Both the position numbers and the translations under genes were made by a program. This document shows, piece by piece, positions 57,183 to 64,000 of a DNA stretch of 64,000 bases; the stretch's first letter is position 1, and each line of letters opens with the position of its first letter. The stretch comes from Sminthopsis crassicaudata (Eukaryota), in contig NC_133619.1 in assembly GCF_048593235.1 (NCBI RefSeq), forward strand, positions 62,944,454 to 63,008,453, read 5' to 3'. The notes below the pieces were generated by a model. That model was not told the DNA's origin. It did no database searches and saw only the letters and a program-made list of their open reading frames with translations.

Positions 57183-58575
57183 TCAATTCTGTTTTAATTT
57201 GCATTTCTCTGATCACTTCTTCATATGCTCATAGTTTTTATTTTATTTGAAAACTTCCTTTTATATTTTTTGGCCATATGTTAATTGGGGAATGGCTTGT
57301 ATCCTTATAGATTTGACTCAATTCTCTATATATTTGAGAAACTGAGAAACCTTTCTCAGGGTTGTTTTAATTTTCATCCCTTATTATGTGTTGTGGGGAA
57401 TTTTTTTCATATTGTGAATATTTTATAATTTTTTTTGAGAACCATTAATGTCACTTGATCATTTATCNNNNNNNNNNNNNNNNNNNNNNNNNNNNNNNNN
57501 NNNNNNNNNNNNNNNNNNNNNNNNNNNNNNNNNNNNNNNNNNNNNNNNNNNNNNNNNNNNNNNNNNNNNNNNNNNNNNNNNNNNNNNNNNNNNNNAAACT
57601 CATCAGAAAAATTGATATTAAGAATTTTCCCACTTTTCTTATCTAAGGGTGAATTAATTTTGTTTGAAGCTTTTCAGTTTTCAAATTGTCTCAGTCTTGT
57701 TTGGTTAAGCATAATCTCTTATCCATAACTATGAGGGCTATATGATGTTTCTAAATTTTTTTTATAGTATGATCTTCAACATTCAAGATTGCTTACTTGT
57801 TTAAAATGTATTGTGAAATGAGGTGCAAGGTGTTGATTTAAGTCTAGTTTCTGCCAAACTACTTTCCAGTTTTCCTGGTAGTTTATTAGTTTCCTTTTTT
57901 CTCCTAGATAATTTGTTTGCTGCATTAAAACATTGGATTATCTAATTTTATAGCTTATTTCCTTTACCTTCTCCCTGGATTTCAAAGACTATTTTGTGTC
58001 TCTCCATTAATCCTGCACTTTTTTTTGCATTCAAAAACAGCAAAATTCTTCTCTGACAAAGATGAATTAAAAAATTTCCTCCCTAGGTTTCCCAGTTCTG
58101 GACCCTGGATTCAGTCCACTTTCCCTCCCACATGATCTCTTTTTGAAATATTTCAGGAACTACCATGTGTCCAATAAATTTTGTCTTCATTTTTTGGCAG
58201 TTGTTCCTCCTGTAGAGTCTCATTTTGAGACTCTACCATCCTCACCACTTGTAAGTTTGCCAATGTCCCTGTTAAAAGTGTGGCACCCACAAGTGAACAC
58301 AATATGCAGCACAAAACACAGGACTATTGCTTCCCTTGATCACTACATCATGCTTCTATTATTGTATCTCCATTACATAATTTTTTTTGTACTCCCATCA
58401 CATACTGTTGGCTCCTATTAAGCTTATAGTCTATTTGTCTATCACTTAAGTAGAAGCTAGAAGGCAAACTTTTTTCCATCCTGAACATAATAGGTTTTTT
58501 GACCCTTCAGATTTTCATCTACCCATTACTTTAATATCAAGCATCTTTCTCCAGCCTGTTAAGAAATGGCCAATT

Positions 58576-58700
58576 AGGGGCAGCTAGGTGGTGCAGCCTT
58601 TAAGTCAGGAGGACCTGAGTTCAAATCTGACCTCAGATACTTACTTCCTAGCTGTATGACCCTGGGCAAGTCACTTACCCCAGCCTCAGGAAAAAAAAAA
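58576..58700 (+). mobile_element. Internally deleted WSINE1 with GCCAATT TSD
   Basis: AGGGGCAGCTAGGTGGTGCAG...GAGTTCAAATCTG...A10 tail; GCCAATT at 58569-58575 and 58701-58707. Confidence 0.8.
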
Positions 58701-58789
58701 GCCAATTGTCCATTCATTTATAGTCAAAAGTAGCAACCACTTCTGGACTAGGCATATGGATATCAAAATGAGATATTTATTGCAAAGCT

Positions 58790-58955
58790 GATGTAACAGT
58801 ACAAATCACATTTTCCCTATTTTAACAGATGAGGAAATTAGGGTGAGAGGACCAAAGTCACACAAATTGGATTCAGAACTGAAACTTTCAATTGTTGAAT
58901 CCAGGCTTAGGCTGCAAATGTCCTGCTTCTTATTGACCATTGTGCCATGGCCTCT
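58790..58955 (-). mobile_element. MIR-type SINE
   Basis: CCCTATTTTAACAGATGAGGAAATTAGGG...CCAAAGTCACAC. Confidence 0.65.
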
Positions 58956-60069
58956 TAAAACCCACAAGCTAAGAGGATTTATTTTCATATCTATTGTGGG
59001 ATACATGGGGATAACATTGCTCCCGAGTCTCTCTTCACATGACTCCATTCTATCCTGACCGGATACATGAGCTAACTAGTGAATTTTTCCACTTCCCTTT
59101 CTTGGTTTATCATGACTAAATAATTTTATTCATTAAATGGCTTGGGTGTCTTTCTCGTTAAATTGAAAATGGCTTCTACATATATACCTAAAAGGGAAAG
59201 GTAAATCTCAACATCTATGTGGGCTGTGAGGCAAGGCAAACACAAAAATACGTCAAAAGTTAGTGGAAACCATCATCCGGCAACCACTAAGGCGGCCTTC
59301 AACACTGTTGAGCACTGAAGGGGAGAATTGCATAGGGCAGAGAGCCAGAGCTGCATCTGAATCAAGTTCCCATCAGCCACAAGTCCTCAAACTCACTCCT
59401 GTTTGTAGTCTTCCCAAGTCATTGACAACTCTCCTGGGAGCTCCCTGCTTACCCAGTCCTTATCCCTGCTTGAGCTCCAAAGGAATTGACACCTTTCAGC
59501 AAACTTGATGGGTGGGCACTTGATGGAAAGCTTTGGTTTGTGTCACTAACTGCTCAGTGAAAACCAGTTACCAGACTGTTTTAGACCAGGATAATCCAAG
59601 ACACTTTATAAACATTTGTCATTGAATTCTTTGAAGACAGAGATTGTGCCTTAGCAAACATTCCCATCCATGAGAGGGGAAAACTGATATTAGCGTGACT
59701 TACTTCCAGTGTGGCACAGTGGGGGATAGCAGCAGCCCTGGAACAGGGAGGACCAACCTTGAGAAGCCAGGTACCTGTTCGATCCTGAGGACTTGCTCAG
59801 GATCGAGCAAGTCTCTTCACTGATTGACTCCCCCCAACAACAAAAAAAGAATAACCAACGTGGGATCTTTGCAAATTCCAGAAAGCTCAGACAGCGCAAA
59901 TTTAGGCTAGGAGTGAAGCTCTGGGCTGTTTCAGGCAATAAGTTTCTGCCCGTCTCCAGGGCAGAGCTCTAAGTAAAGGGCAGTTGGGGAAGGGGAGTAA
60001 GTGATCAGTCCTGTCAAGCAGTGGGCAAGAGGGCAGGAAGGCAGCAGCAAATCCAGCCAACCAACACAT

Positions 60070-60075
60070 TTTATT
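60070..60075 (-). terminator. RETREG2 poly(A) signal
   Basis: TTTATT on + ~760 nt downstream of the RETREG2 stop. Confidence 0.7.
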
Positions 60076-60832
60076 ATTCTAGTTGATGCCTGCACAGGTG
60101 TTACAGTCCAGTCCAAACCCAGTCCAGGACATCCCCCTTCAGGCCTTTAGCATACCTGATATCCAGGTCCCTCTTCCTCTCCCTCCCTCCCTCCTACAAG
60201 TATCCCCCTCCCCCCCACCCCCAGTCAGCTTAAAGCCAGGCTTTGTGCTCATCCAACCCCAGTGCTGGTGTATGTGCTGTGAATTCCCTCACCCCCCTCC
60301 CCACCCCCCACCTCCAAACAGCAACCTCCCCAAGTTCAGCTAGCGCCCGGTATGGAGAGGGAGCTGGGGCAGAGCAGCCTAGCTGTAAGATGAAGACAAC
60401 AGGGAAACAGAGCACAGAGGGGAGCAGGAGAAGAGGAAATCGGTAAAGTGCCTTAACTAAACAACTTGGCGGGACACTGGGGCAGAGCAGCACAGGTCCC
60501 TGAGGCTGGAAGGGAAAAGTTTAGGAGCCCATTGGGGTGAGAGGGAGAGTAGAGTGGGGAGGATGGAGGCAAGCTATTGCTTGCTAGGCTGCAGGCAGGG
60601 CTGGCTTCCCTAGGCCTGCACATATCCACTAACCCCAATTTAAAGTTATTTACAAACTTAGAACCAACGTCAGGCCCAGTTGCAGGCAGGATGGTGGAAT
60701 GGCCCCAGTTTCACTGCTCCATTCCCTGCCTAATGCAGTGGGGCCGGGAGGAAGAACAGTGGTACCCTCAGCTAACCAGCCAGACCTGCACCTGCCTCCT
60801 CACTCTGCCTCTCCTCCCACCCCTCAGCTGGC

Positions 60833-63800
60833 TCAGGGTGCCGCCGTAGCCCCAGCCTTTTGGTCTGGCAGTGCAGGAAGAGGAACATCAGGAATGGGGG
60901 GTGGAGCATCAGGGGGTTCTGGGGATGTGCCTGGCCCCAATCCCAGCTCCACTTCCAGCTGCTCCAACTCCCTTTGATCCAGTAACTCAAAGTCCTCAGA
61001 GGTCAGTGTCTCCTCCTCCTCCTCAGGGGCCAGGGCAGGCAGGGGACAGTCCTGGGGAGTAGGCAGGAGGACAGGGGGGAAAGGAACTTTGCTGCTTTCA
61101 GCATGGCAAAGTGGGGTTGACAGGGTACTGGGCACAGTGTCGAGGGAATCACTCACTAGCTCAGGGCTAAGTGACTCCATTGGTTCCCCAAGGGGAGCCC
61201 CGATCCCAGCCCTGGGGGACCCTGCCCCATTGAAGTGCGTGTTCACAAAGTGCAGTGGGGAAGTGAGTTGAAGCAAGGTCCCCTTGGTGGCCACCTCCTC
61301 TTCCTCCTCAGAGTCCAGTGCCTGTTTTGAAAGGGTATGTGCATGGTCCAGCAGCTCTTCAGAAGGGGCCAATTCTGTTTCTTCCCCCTCTCCGAGATCC
61401 CTGCTCAATGCCTCCTCTGGCTCACTTGGCAAGCTTTGCTGGTCCAGATCTGCAGGGATGGAAGTGGGGTCAGTTCTATGTTTCTGATGACCAGACTGAC
61501 TGGACACTAAGACCCCTGGGGATCAGATCTCCCATGTGCACAGGGAGGCCTCAGCTAGGGGTGAGAGACCCTTCTAGGGAACCTAGAGAGAGCTTGCATA
61601 GGGAATCAAGGATGGAGTGCGAGCACTCAGCATCGGAGGCCTAGCAGGGATGGGACCAGAGCAGAGAGGGAGACTTCCCCATACCCTCAGAGACATCTGT
61701 CAGCTGGGGAGTCGTGGCCCGGGAGACAGAGAAGCCACCGCTCTCCAAAATAGAGGCCTCCTCATCTGACAGTTCTGAGTCTGTAATGGCCAAGGCAAGG
61801 GCTGTTTTCTTCATATCTACCTGTACCAAAGAAACGGACAACGGCAACTGACCTTTGTGCAGGCCTGAAAGTCTTACACAGATTAGATCATTCGGACACA
61901 GACAAGCAGGGAGGAATTTCCTTCGTCTCCTCCTTCTAGCCCCTAATATGCCAACATTTGCCAAATGTGGCTCCCCTGACAGCTCCCCTCAGGGAACCCC
62001 TCCCCCCTCCACCTGGGGCTCACCACTGGGGAGAAGCCTGCCAGCTCGGCCTCGCTTTCGCTCTCCGTCTCTGCCATGGGTTCATCGCCTCCGGGGGGCA
62101 TGCTCCTCACCTGCCGCTCTGGGGGAGAAGGCAGAGCGGGCCTGAGGTTGACTCCGGGGATCAGTGTTGGGGGTGCCCCCGGCCCAGCCTCCGGCCCCGC
62201 CCCCAGCTCAGGGGCTGCCCTTACTCCTCTTGTCGTGTTTGTGGTGGAGGGCCTCGGCCTCGGCTTTCATGCTGTAGTCCAGCTGCATGAGCAGGGGCTC
62301 CAGCCGGGTGTACATCCTCTGGATCAGCTCATGATAAACCACCAGGGGCCACAGCAGGATGCTCAGCACTGTGAGTCAGAAAGCCTCCTCAGTTCTCCCG
62401 CCGCCCCCCTCCCCCAGCCGGCCGGAGGCCCCTTAGGCTGATGGCTCCCCCCGCAGCCTATTCCTCCACTGAGACCTACGTGAATATGTGGTTTGGGGGG
62501 AAAAAGGAGGAACGTGGGAAGTATTTGTGTGGCCGTCACTATGGGCCAGGCACAACATCCCTCAGAAATAGGCTCACAGCGGAGGAAATTAAAGCAAATG
62601 AAGTTGCAATGAGTTGCCCAGGGTCACATGGCTAAGGGAGCATCTGAGGCCGGACTGGACTCAGGTCCTCTGAGTCCAGGGCACGGTTCTACTGAGGGCT
62701 TGGCTAGCTGCCGCGGAGGCAACGCCTTTCCTGGCCAGGACCGGTCGAGGAAGACAAAAACTGGGGGCTCAGGGAAGGGTCGGTGTCTCCACTCTACTCA
62801 CAGACAATGTAGGAAATCATAATCCCGGGAACATAGTGTCCCAGCATGGCCAGCACTGCACAACCAGAGCAGACGCGAGCGCAGAACTGCAGAGAAGAGC
62901 ATGGGTCTGAGAACGGCGCTCGGCGGGCTAGGAGGGCATTCCCTCCGCGTCACTCTATACCTTGTACGTCATTGAAATCAACACACCCGCATTATCAACC
63001 CGAGGCCGTTTGTCCCCGGCATCTGTAAGATAGGGTCACCTTTACAGCTACAAGCCCCCCAGGGAGGCCCCACGAGGGCTGGAGAAGATTTCTGGGGTTA
63101 TAAGGACAGCCGGAGCTTTGCCCCGACAGCAGGCAGGTCCCCTCCTCCCTCCTGGGGCAGAGCAGGACACGGGCTGGGGGCCGGGAGCGTTACCTGGGCC
63201 GGGTTCTGTCTCTTGTACTGCAGCAGCTCCTGAAGGTGGATCTGGAAAGTGAGCCAGCTCTCGGCCAGGTACCGGCACAGCTCGGGCACACTCAGCAGGT
63301 GGGGCCGGGCGCCGGGCCCCGCACCCTCACTGCGGAGACAAGACACCGTGCCCGAAGCCTTAGGCATCCCAGCCCTGCCGCTCTCTGAAACGTGTTCTTA
63401 ACCTAAGGCTCCCCCCCATACTCTAAAACCTGCATTTAAAGTTTCTGCTATAACGCGTTGTTGCTATCTTACGTTTAAATACTTTGTTCTAAAAAGCTTT
63501 GTAGGTTTCACCACATTGCCACAAAGCAGAACGCACCACCCTCCCTATCAGAGGGTTCCAGGACCTCGTCCTGTCTGACCCGAGGGATGACCCCACCTTC
63601 CTAACTCAGATGCCCGGGGCATGGCACAGAGCCTAGCATCCACTTCTCAGCCTCAGGGGTCTCAGAAAGTTCCAGAAAACTCTGTGGCTAAATAGAAGGC
63701 ACTAATCCTAGCGGGGCACGGCCCAGGCTGGCTCCAGGTGGGCACGGCGGGAGGGGGGAGCCTGCACTTACCTGTCAGAGTGCGGCTCTTCTGGGGTTGA

Positions 63801-64000
63801 AGCTGGGAAGAGAGAAGGGCCGCGGTCACTGAGCAGGTAGAAGCATCGGGATTTGGGGGGATGGACTGCCTCCCCCTCCTCCCCTCCTGCTCACCTGAAA
63901 AGTCAGCCAAGAAGTGGGGCTGCCAGAGGTCCAGCAGCAAGTAGCCCAGCAGAGAGATGCTGAGGAGGAAGAAGGGCCGGAGGGAGGAGGAGGACAGCAC
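60833..64000 (-). CDS. RETREG2: Reticulophagy regulator 2 (FAM134A), 5'-partial (coding exons 2-9)
   Basis: Exons >64000-63895, 63802-63772, 63329-63194, 62886-62802, 62368-62225, 62118-62024, 61820-61685, 61449-60833. Reticulon-homology segments ([32 protein letters not shown]) and LIR EDFELL. Confidence 0.96.
62525..62710 (-). mobile_element. MIR-type SINE in a RETREG2 intron
   Basis: GGAGGAAATTAAAGCAAAT...TGCCCAGGGTCACATGGCTAAGGGAGCATCTGAGGCCGGACT. Confidence 0.6.

Larger units (their letters stand above)
54120..57960 (-). mobile_element. Stack of antisense degenerate L1 3' fragments (about 54120-54690, 55230-55950, 56190-57960) interrupted by SINEs
   Basis: Repeated antisense L1-type motifs TTCAGCCATTCCCCAACTGATGG, GGTATTGCTGGGTCAAAGG, GTTTTAATTTGCATTTCTCTGAT; boundaries approximate. 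Confidence 0.7.

Overview
Marsupial genomic DNA (WSINE1-type SINEs and L1 3' ends typical of dasyurids; species is an inference), syntenic to human 2q35 in reverse orientation. Bases ~2-41 kb are a GC-rich, compact cluster of seven multi-exon genes whose exons I traced by splice site and phase: TUBA4A(+), STK16(-), GLB1L(+), ANKZF1(-), ATG9A(+), ABCB6(+), ZFAND2B(-). Bases ~42.7-59.9 kb are AT-rich intergenic DNA with L1, SINE and MIR fragments and N-runs. RETREG2/FAM134A(-) occupies 60.0-64 kb, and its first exon lies beyond the window. Main observations: (1) a candidate unannotated spliced ORF (MGTSQS..., myristoylation-like start) running divergently from the TUBA4A promoter off the left edge; (2) a +1 G frameshift in ABCB6 just before the ABC signature motif (real null allele or homopolymer error); (3) a spliced ATG9A uORF whose stop overlaps the main start (TGATG); (4) an AT-AC U12 intron in ATG9A and GC-AG introns in GLB1L and ANKZF1; (5) perfect CLEAR and NF-E2/ARE motifs at ABCB6, and overlapping convergent poly(A) signals of GLB1L and ANKZF1. 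Gene identities rest on my recall of the human orthologue sequences, not on a database search.
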